DNA of 36,462 bases from the IMG/VR virus record IMGVR_UViG_3300032332_000814, positions 1 through 36,462 of that record; one strand, given 5' to 3'. The position numbers were made by a program, and so were the translations under genes. The notes under the pieces were generated by a model. It had not been told where the DNA came from. It worked only from the letters and a program-made list of their open reading frames with translations, and did no database searches. Origin of the DNA: a virus. Lineage: Duplodnaviria > Caudoviricetes. Positions 9,134 through 19,568 of this stretch are shown piece after piece (positions within the stretch are counted from its first letter, which is position 1; every line of letters starts with the position of its first letter).

Positions 9134-10537
9134 TTAATATCCCAAAACGAATTTAAATTGTTCTATTCCGTCTATGCTTCTTGTAACGGCACTTCTATTC
9201 TCCAAATAAGTTATATATCCGGAAAATTTATAAAAGTCTGGAAGACTTATATTTAATAAAGTTCTCGTTGTTCCTGATGTTCCACTATATAATTGTGCTG
9301 AAGTAGTATATGTTCCTGATGTATTTATCAACTGTAATATATTTGTTACTGGATTAAAACTCAATACAGTTGCGGTAAAAGTTTTAACTGGTAACCCATT
9401 TACCAAAGAGGTATATTGATATACTTCTTCATCTGCAATATAAACTCCAAATCCTGGAGAAACTGTAAATTGTGTTGCTATATTATAAATGTTTGAATTT
9501 GCTGAATTTGGATAAGTGCTGAGAGAAGTTGGATTTAATAATAATCCAACTTGTCTGAAGTCAATATCTGTGGGTATGTAGTTAATTGCATTGTAAGTTT
9601 CTTTTGCATTAAATTCTGTGGTGATCATAATGTGCCGGCAACCTAATTCAGATTTTGGATCAAATGCATGACCACCGACAGGAGAAACTGGCGTCACTAA
9701 AGAAACGCCACTACCTAATGTTGAACCGTTTGCAGTAGTTCCTTTTATAGATACATTTGCATATGTGTAATTTGAACCAGGTGTAGTAACATACACTTGA
9801 CTTATTGCACCCGCAGAGACAGATGCATTTGCCGTAGCACCAGAACCATCACCAGAAATAGTAACTACTATTGAAGAATTGCCAGAATCATAACCAGATC
9901 CGCCACTAACAACATTTATTACTTCAATGTCTCCATAACCGGCAGTCGTTTGAATTGGATTAGGAACAGTACTGTAAGAAACTGGTACAGGAATCCATTC
10001 TCTATCCATGAATTTAACTTTACTTTGTGTAGGTACAGTAAACATATATTTCCACTTGTAACCATCAGAACTCAAATAAATATTATTTGTTCCATAAGTT
10101 CCAGGTTGAAACATTGGTTCCATCGTAGATGAACCACCATTATTATTCCATAAACACTTAAAAATTTGATCGTATCTGTTAATAATATAAAATTGTCTCA
10201 CTACAAACCCATTATCATCAAGTTCAAACATATCAACATCATCACGATAATAGTCGTAAGTTGAACCGGAAGTCCAATCTATTCTTTCAATAACAGCAGA
10301 AACATCATTTGATGTGATCTTTTTCGCCACAAACATATTCTTAAATACATCTTTTAGATATTTTTGATCTTGTGTTGGTTGTTCAGGATTGTTATCGTCT
10401 GTCCAAGGCAAAACTTTAGATAAAAAACAATACATATTATTAATATTTTCTCCTGAGACCGTTGAAGCAGGAGCATAATAGTTTTGAATTATTTGTTCTA
10501 AATCAAATCCGTATGTAAGTAGATTTTTATTTGCCAT
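9134..10537 (-). CDS. gp8: Baseplate wedge subunit gp8
   Basis: RIDWTSG..YDYY, FYIIN...IFKCLWN, DGYKWKYMF, DFRQVGLL, YLENRSAVTRS..EQFKFVL; synteny gp6-gp7-gp8. Confidence 0.9.
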   Translation of the reverse strand: MANKNLLTYGFDLEQIIQNYYAPASTVSGENINNMYCFLSKVLPWTDDNNPEQPTQDQKYLKDVFKNMFVAKKITSNDVSAVIERIDWTSGSTYDYYRDDVDMFELDDNGFVVRQFYIINRYDQIFKCLWNNNGGSSTMEPMFQPGTYGTNNIYLSSDGYKWKYMFTVPTQSKVKFMDREWIPVPVSYSTVPNPIQTTAGYGDIEVINVVSGGSGYDSGNSSIVVTISGDGSGATANASVSAGAISQVYVTTPGSNYTYANVSIKGTTANGSTLGSGVSLVTPVSPVGGHAFDPKSELGCRHIMITTEFNAKETYNAINYIPTDIDFRQVGLLLNPTSLSTYPNSANSNIYNIATQFTVSPGFGVYIADEEVYQYTSLVNGLPVKTFTATVLSFNPVTNILQLINTSGTYTTSAQLYSGTSGTTRTLLNISLPDFYKFSGYITYLENRSAVTRSIDGIEQFKFVLGY

Positions 10538-10550
10538 TATTTAATTCCGA

Positions 10551-12443
10551 TTAACTATATGAGACAGAGCAATATGTATTTGCAAGATCATTACCAAATG
10601 AATAATACATAATTTTTGCTGTTGTTGTGCCACCCAAAGTAAATGTTGTTGCACCAACAGTAGAATTAATAGCAGAACATCCGTGTGTGATTGTTTTTGC
10701 AGAACCACCACCAGTAGCATAATTAGTGACAAGTAAAGTAACCTCAGTTCCTAATTTAAAGTTAGAGAGAGTAACTGCCATATTTGCAACAACATTACAC
10801 CGCACCCAAGTGTCTGTTACAAAATCTAATGTGATTGCTGTTTGATTACCAGAGTAACTTCTCGTGTTAAATGTTAAACCATTTGGAATGTATACTGAAG
10901 AATTTGCTTCATCAATTATTACGGTATTACTAGATTGTAGTATATTATTATTTGCAAAGATAATAGCACCATTAGGTTTGCCGTATCCAGGTTGCGGCAC
11001 TATGTCAATCTGTATTTTGCCGTTTGCAGTTCCGTTTGAAAGAATCTTTGCCACTTGAATTACTGTGTTTGCGCCAGTTGGTGCTAGGTTACTTCCTCTG
11101 CCAGGAGTGGTCGAAAGGAAAATAAGATCACCATTATTTCCATTATACGATGCATCAAAATCTGAAACGAGGCCTCTCACATATGTAAATCCATATGATC
11201 CGTTTGGAATCGCAACTTTAATAAATCCAAGTACTTGCGAATTTGCGGTATTTGTAGCATCAGCCAATTGAATATAAGGTACAGCATTTGAAGTTACTGC
11301 ACCAGCTAAACGTACCCACGAATTTGCTGCGATATTCGAACCGGTTCCATTATACACCCTTTCAAAAAGAACTTTAGATATTGATGGTCTATCTCCTAGA
11401 ACATCAGTATCTTGTACTAATGAAATTGTATTTGATGAATACCAAACTTGTCCTGGTGTTTGAATTGGTGATGTTGCTTGTGCAAACCATTGAATTGAAT
11501 TTGCCTGTGATGTTCCTGTCGTAATGTTTGAAAAGAAAACATTGCCTTGAAGTGTATTTGCAGTCAAATTGCCTAGAATAATAACATTTCTAGAAAACGT
11601 CGCAGAATTCGATGTGAAATTGTCGACCGAAATAGAAGTTCCAACAGTATTAGCAGTAACATTTCCTGTGACTATTAGACTACCTGTTATTGTTCCACCA
11701 GTTTTTGCTAATAATGTTGTCTGTGTATAAGTATTGGCGGTATCAGTATAAGTTTTTGAAGAAGTTAACGTAATAAAATCATTAGATTGTAGGAATGTAT
11801 TAGCTGTACTTAATGAAGCAACTGACGCACCCGCAGTAGTTTGGTAAGTTCCGTCAGAGAAAACAAAACCAGTCGATGAGTATACATTTCCTGTAACTCT
11901 GACAGGTTTCAATAAATCAAATACAGAATTGCTGACACGACCAACAATATTTTCCGACGATAATCCACCAGCTATAAAAACTATGTTTGCTCTTGTTGAT
12001 GCGGTACCTACAATTAAATTTCCATTCGCACTTGTGTTTGAGGCACCGTACACATAAATGTAACCATCGTATGGTTTGAATGCACTATAATTTGGATCAT
12101 TAAATGTTCCTCCATTAATACCCATATCAATATATTTTGTTACATCCGTAGCATCACTTGCAGATGCAACAAAATCAGAAGAACCATTCGAATTTAAATT
12201 CTGTAAATTAATTTGTAAATAACTGTTACTTGAACCCGCAAATTGCCCTACAACATCAGGATAAACAATAGCATTATTACCAACATTTAAAACGTCATTC
12301 GCAAACAACCCTTGTGCCAAAGCTTTTCCTGTCAATTTTCCTGTTGTACTAGTCGGCAAATCAACAGCTATAAATAAAGTGTTTTGCGTATTTGATGTAA
12401 TTGATGTTAATGCGGGTAATTGTGAAATTTTAATTGTAGACAT
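10551..12443 (-). CDS. Fibre-like virion structural protein
   Basis: MSTIKISQLP N-terminus, Asn/Thr/Ser/Gly-rich beta-type composition, located between gp7 and gp8. Confidence 0.65.
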   Translation of the reverse strand: MSTIKISQLPALTSITSNTQNTLFIAVDLPTSTTGKLTGKALAQGLFANDVLNVGNNAIVYPDVVGQFAGSSNSYLQINLQNLNSNGSSDFVASASDATDVTKYIDMGINGGTFNDPNYSAFKPYDGYIYVYGASNTSANGNLIVGTASTRANIVFIAGGLSSENIVGRVSNSVFDLLKPVRVTGNVYSSTGFVFSDGTYQTTAGASVASLSTANTFLQSNDFITLTSSKTYTDTANTYTQTTLLAKTGGTITGSLIVTGNVTANTVGTSISVDNFTSNSATFSRNVIILGNLTANTLQGNVFFSNITTGTSQANSIQWFAQATSPIQTPGQVWYSSNTISLVQDTDVLGDRPSISKVLFERVYNGTGSNIAANSWVRLAGAVTSNAVPYIQLADATNTANSQVLGFIKVAIPNGSYGFTYVRGLVSDFDASYNGNNGDLIFLSTTPGRGSNLAPTGANTVIQVAKILSNGTANGKIQIDIVPQPGYGKPNGAIIFANNNILQSSNTVIIDEANSSVYIPNGLTFNTRSYSGNQTAITLDFVTDTWVRCNVVANMAVTLSNFKLGTEVTLLVTNYATGGGSAKTITHGCSAINSTVGATTFTLGGTTTAKIMYYSFGNDLANTYCSVSYS

Positions 12444-12451
12444 TTTTTACC

Positions 12452-15415
12452 TTAATCTAATAGGATTGTTTTACCGTCTTCATCAGTTATACTATATAGA
12501 CCATTTTCAGTTGTGAGTTCTGTGAAATACTCCTGTCCGATTGGCCCATAGATAATAAAGTTTGATGGTATACCTCTGTAAATTCTTCGCACCGACATAT
12601 AACCACTTGAACTATAAGTCAAATTCGCAGTTAAAGTGATAACATTTGAGGAATAGTTCACACTCTTAACGATTCCTGTCATATTACCTGTTTGTACCAC
12701 ATCACCAGTTTTAATAATATCTCTTAGCGGCGCAGCAGTATTAGAATAAACTCCATTATTGATTATATTATAAGAATTTGTTAATGCGGTAATATTTATA
12801 GTGCAACTGTTCGCATTAGATGATACGATTGCAACATTTCCAAATGTTAACCATGTATTTGTTGTTAAAGTAATTGTATTTGCGAGGTAATTTATAGAAT
12901 TAATTAAACCACCACCGTAATCGCCATTTGCCGTTGTAAATTTAACTACTGTATTTGTCGTAAATATATTAGCAATATTTGTGCCGCTGACACCTTCAAA
13001 TTTTATAATATTGTTACTGTAATTTGTGAAATCGGAGACCATATTAAACGTAACAACCGTATCAGATACCAATCTTGATAATGGATATCCTTGATACAAT
13101 GCATCATATACATGTAAATTTATATCCGAATTGGACTTCATTGCGAATCGACCCTTCAATTTCATGCCGGCAGGATGCAATAATTCCAACAAGAGTTTTC
13201 TATATTTTGCAATTTCTTTTTCTAAAGTAATTTCATATGTGTAATTGTTATAGTCAACACTTTGTAAAACATCAGATGAACTTAATTGTCCAGATGAATC
13301 CAAATACTGTCCGTCACCAATTGTAAGACCATTTAAGAATGTTGCAGTACCTTTCGCTGTGCCGTCACCATATGTGTATATGTTAGTTTCGGTGTCATAA
13401 CGCCCTTCGGCTATCGATGGGTATTTTGGATAATTAATAGAAGATGGTAAAGTTCCAGTAACAACATTCATAGATATTGATTTTGAATCAATTTTTAATG
13501 GCAAACTTGTATTTGGTTTTGATCTATTATAGTCATAAATTCTAATAAAGAACAATGAATTTAATGGATTTGCATCTGTAGATATCTGTTCGATGTAATC
13601 TACAGATGCAGTATATGTTGACACGTTTGAATTTGCGCCTTGATAGATTAAGTCTCCTTTACCTGGTAGATTACCCAGACTGATATTTTTAACAACAATA
13701 TCTTGCACTCTGAATGATACTGCTGGTGCAGAAATGTAATCTTCACCATAATTTGAAATTGATATTGTTTGTATTTGACCAATGCGATCAGTTGCAGGTT
13801 CCAACATCGCACCATCACCTAAAATACCTGGTATAGTGAGTATGGCATTTGCTGCTTGAGCATTTGCAGAAATCACATTTGCTACTGGTATTACAATAGA
13901 TGAGTAACCTAATCCACCCAAAGGATAAGGATAAAAACTATTTGCTGTATTACTCCCCGGAGGATTAACATAACTAACTGAGGTAATTGAACCTGTTGCA
14001 CTTACTGTTATAACATTCGCATATGCACCGGCACCAGTACCACCAAGAATGTTTATTCTATCATTCACAACATATCCTACACCACCAGAAATAATTTGTA
14101 TTGGTGCGAGTATTCCTAAATTTTTTACATCTGCATCTTGATTGGCGTATGTTCCTGCATATATTCTTTGATATACGGATTGGGCAGTTGCTGTCGGTTT
14201 TTGTGTCATGCCGCCGCCACCATTCTGCACAATCACAGTCGATATTGGATATGTTGTAAATGTAGTATAAGTTAATGTATTTGCAATAACTGAATTTGCA
14301 GTTGCGTATTGATTTTTTGAAGCCCAACTATATGCTGCAGCATTGATATATGTCAGACCTGCTAAACCAATGTAATCAATCGAAATGCGCACATTGGCCA
14401 TTAAGCTTGATGAAGTATTAACAGATCCTACTGTTGCAATAGGCGCTTTCGGGCTTCTACCCACTAAATTTGTAAATATAATTTTTGTATTTGGATCTTC
14501 TCTATAACCGTAACCACCAAGTAAAGTAGCAATAGAAACAACTGATCCCGTTGTTACACTTCCTACCTTTGCTTCTGCTCCAATTCCTGTGTTTGAACTT
14601 AGTCCGCCATGAACAACAATCGGATCTCCTGAATATCCTGTATCCGCATCATAACCAACATAATATTGCCCTCTATATTTGGGGTTTATTTTAATTTGAC
14701 TAATTTGACCAACAATTTTTGCAGTTAATATTTTTGCACCAATAGTTGTCGATGAAACGATTTTACCATCTTTGAAATAGACATCTTGATTATTTGAATC
14801 TACGACCTTTACAAATTCTCCAGAATTGAAAAGTCTTAAAATATTTGAAATGAAAACTTCTATTTTGGTTCCGGCTGCGACCGCATTTTCTACTGTTGCT
14901 ATTGCTTTTGATGTTATTCCAAAAAGTCTCAGGTTGTTAATTGAGAAAAAATTTGTATCAGATGAGAGAAGTCTTAGACTTTTAGTAATGTACCATTTAC
15001 CAGATGATGGTTTTAAAACAGCATCTTTTGTAAGAAAGAAATCTACATCAGAATTATATAATACTCTAAATAGAAATTTGTACGATGACGGCGTACCTTT
15101 AGAACGATATAATTCTTTTGCTATTTTTGTAACTTTTGTTTTATCAGCAAGTATTTCTTTTGGAAAATAATTCAAAAATTCATTATAGAACGAATCTAGA
15201 AATTGATCTGGTGTTTTATCGATATCTTTATAATCTAAAAGATTGTTTGATATTGCACCAACATTTCCCGGTGAATTTAATGTACCTTTTTGTTCCAACC
15301 ATTCATAATATGCTTGTAAAAATAAAATAAATGTGGAATAATCTGGATTATCCCGAACGAATTCTGGAACCTGATACGGTATTAATATTGATGTATTTGG
15401 TTTGTAGTCTAACAT
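12452..15415 (-). CDS. gp7: Baseplate wedge initiator gp7-like
   Basis: QVPEFVR..Y.TFILFLQAYYEWLE, LYRSKGT..SYKFLFRVLYN, LQSVDYNNYTYEI..LLHPAG; downstream of gp6. Confidence 0.8.
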   Translation of the reverse strand: MLDYKPNTSILIPYQVPEFVRDNPDYSTFILFLQAYYEWLEQKGTLNSPGNVGAISNNLLDYKDIDKTPDQFLDSFYNEFLNYFPKEILADKTKVTKIAKELYRSKGTPSSYKFLFRVLYNSDVDFFLTKDAVLKPSSGKWYITKSLRLLSSDTNFFSINNLRLFGITSKAIATVENAVAAGTKIEVFISNILRLFNSGEFVKVVDSNNQDVYFKDGKIVSSTTIGAKILTAKIVGQISQIKINPKYRGQYYVGYDADTGYSGDPIVVHGGLSSNTGIGAEAKVGSVTTGSVVSIATLLGGYGYREDPNTKIIFTNLVGRSPKAPIATVGSVNTSSSLMANVRISIDYIGLAGLTYINAAAYSWASKNQYATANSVIANTLTYTTFTTYPISTVIVQNGGGGMTQKPTATAQSVYQRIYAGTYANQDADVKNLGILAPIQIISGGVGYVVNDRINILGGTGAGAYANVITVSATGSITSVSYVNPPGSNTANSFYPYPLGGLGYSSIVIPVANVISANAQAANAILTIPGILGDGAMLEPATDRIGQIQTISISNYGEDYISAPAVSFRVQDIVVKNISLGNLPGKGDLIYQGANSNVSTYTASVDYIEQISTDANPLNSLFFIRIYDYNRSKPNTSLPLKIDSKSISMNVVTGTLPSSINYPKYPSIAEGRYDTETNIYTYGDGTAKGTATFLNGLTIGDGQYLDSSGQLSSSDVLQSVDYNNYTYEITLEKEIAKYRKLLLELLHPAGMKLKGRFAMKSNSDINLHVYDALYQGYPLSRLVSDTVVTFNMVSDFTNYSNNIIKFEGVSGTNIANIFTTNTVVKFTTANGDYGGGLINSINYLANTITLTTNTWLTFGNVAIVSSNANSCTINITALTNSYNIINNGVYSNTAAPLRDIIKTGDVVQTGNMTGIVKSVNYSSNVITLTANLTYSSSGYMSVRRIYRGIPSNFIIYGPIGQEYFTELTTENGLYSITDEDGKTILLD

Positions 15416-15420
15416 TTATT

Positions 15421-17499
15421 TTATTTGGGTTGTGCTATTACATTTACCACAACAGATGAGGAATCAAAAGGGTCAATAGTTATTATCCTATTGTATGTTG
15501 ACGATACTGTGGTAGTTTTAGGTTTCACCGATAATGATAGTTTACCTAATGCATCATCAACATCAATAGGATTAAAATTGTTCAATGATACAGTACCTTC
15601 AACATAATCTATTGTTCCAATATTATCTTTTAATATTGTTTTTACCGCAGTATTATTATTATAATAAGTTCTAAGTTTTCCGTACCTTCCTTGTAAATTT
15701 ACAACAAGCGCACCTAATTGCCCAGTTAAATCTCCTTCTGCTGGTATGACTGTTGCAATTGCAGAAGTGTAATTATTGCCCGAATTTGTGACGGTAATTG
15801 ACCTAATACTACCAGCAGAAATCGTTGCGGTTGCGGTTGCACCAGTTCCATCGCCTATAATTTTAATGGTCGGTATCGATTGATAATTAAACCCTGGATT
15901 AATAACGGAAATTGATTCTATGCCATAAGTTAATGATGGGGTTTCTTCAATCTGCACATTTGTAATGGTCAATGCAGGATTTAATGGATCTTTAAATGAT
16001 AAACCAGGATAACTACCAACACCACTTGTCAATATACCTTTTTCTAGTGGTGTATTATAATAGAATTTATAATTTGTTGATATGGAGAAATTAGGATAAA
16101 ATTTCTTCTGCAACCTCATTTCATAGTCTGTCGTTATTATTGAAGGACTATAATTTTGTATATAAGTCAACAAAGTATATGAATTGAATGTAGAATTGAA
16201 TGTATTTAATGTATTGGTTGCAAAAGAAAGCACAGATTGCTTGACACCTTCTTGAATTTGTCCTGATGTTTGTGTTGTTTTATTTGGATCATAGTAAACA
16301 TTTATCGTCAACTGTACATAAACATAATCTGGATCAACGATTTGGGGTGTCACCGTCAATACTGATACCGGTTTTATAACTTCTTCGATTAACCTTTGTT
16401 TTTGTGTTGTCGTTAAATCATATGCACCTGTTGGTTTTAACGAAATGAATACGACACCGTATAATGGAGGATCATTTTCTTCTCCACCCCAAACACTAAC
16501 AGAATCAAATGTTATGCCTAATTTGTTTTGTTGTATTAATGTAATGTAATCATTCTTCGTTACTGCACGATTCTGTGCCGCAAAACTCTTAGGTGCCTGA
16601 AATTTAATCGAATCTATAGATTCTTTTTGTACACCGTTCGATGCTTTTGTTACCGGTGTAACCAATCCATCAGAATAACCGCCTACTGTGTCCATCAAAT
16701 AAAATGTGTTTGCACCATGACTCATTGTCGAGTCTGTTGTTATATAAGAAACTTTTACAATATTACCGTCTTTTAATTTTTTACCTAAAATTCCATCACC
16801 AAAATAAATTTCATAATAATTATTATTGCCTTCTTGTAAGAAGTAAACTAAAGAATCGCCATTGATAGTTAAAAAATCGGTTGCTTTGTTATAAATTTGT
16901 GTTGTTGTATTGGTGGAATTTTCTTGCACCAAAACAGAAATTGTTGTCGTATCAATTTTATCATCTAGTATTTCAAATGTGTATTTTGGATTTTGTGTAC
17001 TGTCTACGATAAAGTTGAAAGCAGATTGTCTTCCTTGTTTCAAAACAACATTTTCAAATGTTGCAGTATTATTTACAATATTAACAGTATATGCATCAGC
17101 ATTAACAAAATTATAATTGACGCCATCAATAGGTTCAGATAAAAAATTTGTATATTTTTGTAATGTTAATGATGCACCCGTCACATTGCTTATCGTTAAA
17201 TTTATTGTTGCTTGTGGTGCTACGCTTGATGATGGTGTGTAGTTTAATAATTTTGCTTGTGAAACAACCGATCCTCTTTGCACCGAACTATCCAAAAACA
17301 TTTCATTCGCTATCATGTTTAAATAGTAAGCATTATATTGTGTATTATATGCAAGAACATCCAAAAGAACGGACATTGCAGACCCTTCATAATCGTAATC
17401 TTTTAGAGTATCTTGTCCTCTTAAAAATGTTTTTAAATTATTTTTAATTGAATCGAAATCTAAATCTATAAATTGTGTTAATGAATTGGCAGAGGCCAT
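15421..17499 (-). CDS. gp6: Baseplate wedge subunit gp6
   Basis: LDFDSIKNNLKTFL..DYDYEGSAMSVLLDVLAYNT, ESIDSIKFQAP..AQNRAVT.NDY, VWGGEEN.PP.YG.VFIS. Confidence 0.95.
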   Translation of the reverse strand: MASANSLTQFIDLDFDSIKNNLKTFLRGQDTLKDYDYEGSAMSVLLDVLAYNTQYNAYYLNMIANEMFLDSSVQRGSVVSQAKLLNYTPSSSVAPQATINLTISNVTGASLTLQKYTNFLSEPIDGVNYNFVNADAYTVNIVNNTATFENVVLKQGRQSAFNFIVDSTQNPKYTFEILDDKIDTTTISVLVQENSTNTTTQIYNKATDFLTINGDSLVYFLQEGNNNYYEIYFGDGILGKKLKDGNIVKVSYITTDSTMSHGANTFYLMDTVGGYSDGLVTPVTKASNGVQKESIDSIKFQAPKSFAAQNRAVTKNDYITLIQQNKLGITFDSVSVWGGEENDPPLYGVVFISLKPTGAYDLTTTQKQRLIEEVIKPVSVLTVTPQIVDPDYVYVQLTINVYYDPNKTTQTSGQIQEGVKQSVLSFATNTLNTFNSTFNSYTLLTYIQNYSPSIITTDYEMRLQKKFYPNFSISTNYKFYYNTPLEKGILTSGVGSYPGLSFKDPLNPALTITNVQIEETPSLTYGIESISVINPGFNYQSIPTIKIIGDGTGATATATISAGSIRSITVTNSGNNYTSAIATVIPAEGDLTGQLGALVVNLQGRYGKLRTYYNNNTAVKTILKDNIGTIDYVEGTVSLNNFNPIDVDDALGKLSLSVKPKTTTVSSTYNRIITIDPFDSSSVVVNVIAQPK

Positions 17500-17500
17500 T

Positions 17501-17905
17501 TTATTTTGTTCTCTCTAAGAAAAGTGTTGTTATTGTGGCTGCCGTCGCATTAAGTATGTAAAAGGTTAAAGTAACATTGTAACCATTCCTATCATAATCG
17601 GCTTTAACTACAACTGATTCGATTTCAACTCTAGGCTCAAAATTATTTATTGTGGTCCTAATCTCTCTTTCCAATGAAGTTTCTGTGGAACCAGATAAAG
17701 GTTCAAATAAAATAAATGATATATTGGATCCTATATCAGGATTAAATAATCTATCATAATGACTTGTCAATAATAAATTTCTAACTGATCTAATAACCGC
17801 TTTATCATCATAACTTAAAGCTAAATCCTTCACAGTTTTGCCTGGTTGCCTAGCAAAAGTAAAGTCTATGTCTGAATATATTTTTTGTAATGATGTTTTT
17901 AACAT
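17501..17905 (-). CDS. gp25: Baseplate wedge subunit gp25 (GPW/gp25 family)
   Basis: YSDIDFTF, AVIRSVRNLLLT..YDRLFNPDIGS, INNFEPRV, C-terminal LERT. Confidence 0.93.
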   Translation of the reverse strand: MLKTSLQKIYSDIDFTFARQPGKTVKDLALSYDDKAVIRSVRNLLLTSHYDRLFNPDIGSNISFILFEPLSGSTETSLEREIRTTINNFEPRVEIESVVVKADYDRNGYNVTLTFYILNATAATITTLFLERTK

Positions 17906-17910
17906 TTTCT

Positions 17911-17918
17911 TATTTATT
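17911..17918 (-). promoter_or_regulatory. Late promoter candidate, gp25
   Basis: AATAAATA 5 nt before the ATG. Confidence 0.5.
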
Positions 17919-18720
17919 GGTTAAGTCTACTCTTTAGTTTGTCTGTACCTATTACTTCATTTACCAATTGATTATATGTTGCACCCATGGAATTCATGCC
18001 TTTAACATCATTTAAATCACTTACTACGTTTTGTGAGTTATTGAAAAAATTAACATCAGAATTTTGGGCATTTGTCATAAAATTTATAATATTGTTGAAA
18101 TCAGAAGCAATCTGATTTTTTATTGTGGAAGATAAATTGCTCCTATAACCTAAGTCCGGAAAAGTTTCAACATATATGCTATTGTTCACAACATTTGGAT
18201 AATTAGAAATTGTATTCGCATATGCAATTAGATCATTCGCAGTATATAATGATGAGAAATTTCCTAAAATAACAGAATTGTTTGAAATGCCTTCGTTTTG
18301 ATATAAAAAATAAGTTAAAACTCTTCCTGTATTTATTGCCGAATTTAAATGTGGTAATGCACCCGTATCACCTGATGGTTTATCGACACCCGATAATCTA
18401 TTTGTGTGGTAATAAAAATTATTTGATGTATTAGCTAATAAATATGCATATGAATTGACTGTTGATAAATCTAAATAAACATTTGCAATCGTTGTTTTAC
18501 TATAGATTTTAGATGCAATCGTTATGATCGTATTGCAAAGATTTGCAACCGGATTTACATAATAACCTCCAGTGTCATTGTTAGCCACATCCTCATATTG
18601 CCATCTTGAAACCAAGCTTGGAATAGCGTTCATATGTTTTTCAGTATTCGCATCAAATTCAACAACATTATTGTTCATTGATGCGGGAAAATTTAACGAT
18701 GAATAAATTGGTGTGCTCAT
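17914..18720 (-). CDS. Hypothetical protein in baseplate operon
   Basis: 268-aa Asn-rich ORF with AAGGA SD, packed between gp5-C and gp25. No family recognised. Confidence 0.7.
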   Translation of the reverse strand: MSTPIYSSLNFPASMNNNVVEFDANTEKHMNAIPSLVSRWQYEDVANNDTGGYYVNPVANLCNTIITIASKIYSKTTIANVYLDLSTVNSYAYLLANTSNNFYYHTNRLSGVDKPSGDTGALPHLNSAINTGRVLTYFLYQNEGISNNSVILGNFSSLYTANDLIAYANTISNYPNVVNNSIYVETFPDLGYRSNLSSTIKNQIASDFNNIINFMTNAQNSDVNFFNNSQNVVSDLNDVKGMNSMGATYNQLVNEVIGTDKLKSRLNQ

Positions 18721-18730
18721 AATATAATCC

Positions 18731-19555
18731 TTAAATCATTGGTCCTGGTGCTGGCGGTGTCGTTGGTCCTTTTGGTGATATATGTATGTGTGTGTTATAA
18801 ATTGAAGTATTGACAATATCTGTCATCATTATTGCATCCATTAAACCAAATTTGCCTAAGGGTGCGATCATTGCTACTGCGGCATCAATCGTTCCGATAC
18901 AAAGAATATTACCTGGTGCAGCTGCAGGAATACCAATTGATAATCCTCCAAGAACAGAAACAAATCCTAATGGTCCCGCACGGACACCTGTTAGTGCGTT
19001 AACATCACCAAGTGAAAGCATTTTTTGTGCGGTTACACCACCTTCTACGTTTACATCAGCCGTTATAGTTACGTTATCTGCCGCTTGAATATCTATGGCG
19101 CCAGTTAAACCATTACCTCCACGAATCATCATATCAGATTGTGAAGTCATTTGGATTGACCTTTCGGATAAAATATTAAATGATTTCTTAACGTGTAATT
19201 CGTAGTTACCTTCAATATATTCTGTCTTGTTGCCCATGTAATGTAATTGTGCATCACCTTCAATAGTGATATTACATTTGCCTTTAACGAGAACATTTTT
19301 ATCTTTGATTGTTATTTCGTAACCGTCACCATAAACTTTATGCACCTCGTCGCCGTTTGGATGCATCTCTATAAATGTGCCCATTCTGTGTTGTAAACGA
19401 ATCCTTTGTCTATCTGGCGTGTCATCCATCTCAAATGAATGACCAGAAGGTGTTGCCTGTATATGATTAAATGGATATACAGGCGGCGTATCTTCGTTTG
19501 CCGGGGATCTAGGTTCTACCCATCCACTAAAAAAATCTGGTTTAGTTGTTGCCAT
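18731..19555 (-). CDS. gp5: gp5 C-terminal piece (beta-helix central spike)
   Basis: YPFNHIQATPSGHSFEMDDTP..RIRLQHRMGTFIEMHPNG, VxGx-type beta-helix repeats, terminal HIH. Confidence 0.9.
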   Translation of the reverse strand: MATTKPDFFSGWVEPRSPANEDTPPVYPFNHIQATPSGHSFEMDDTPDRQRIRLQHRMGTFIEMHPNGDEVHKVYGDGYEITIKDKNVLVKGKCNITIEGDAQLHYMGNKTEYIEGNYELHVKKSFNILSERSIQMTSQSDMMIRGGNGLTGAIDIQAADNVTITADVNVEGGVTAQKMLSLGDVNALTGVRAGPLGFVSVLGGLSIGIPAAAPGNILCIGTIDAAVAMIAPLGKFGLMDAIMMTDIVNTSIYNTHIHISPKGPTTPPAPGPMI

Positions 19556-19568
19556 TATATTTTAATCC

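Noticed and set aside
3791-17499. Many N-x-S/T sequons suggesting virion glycosylation
   Set aside because: By eye the number seems explained by the high Asn/Ser/Thr content, and no glycosyltransferase is in the window.
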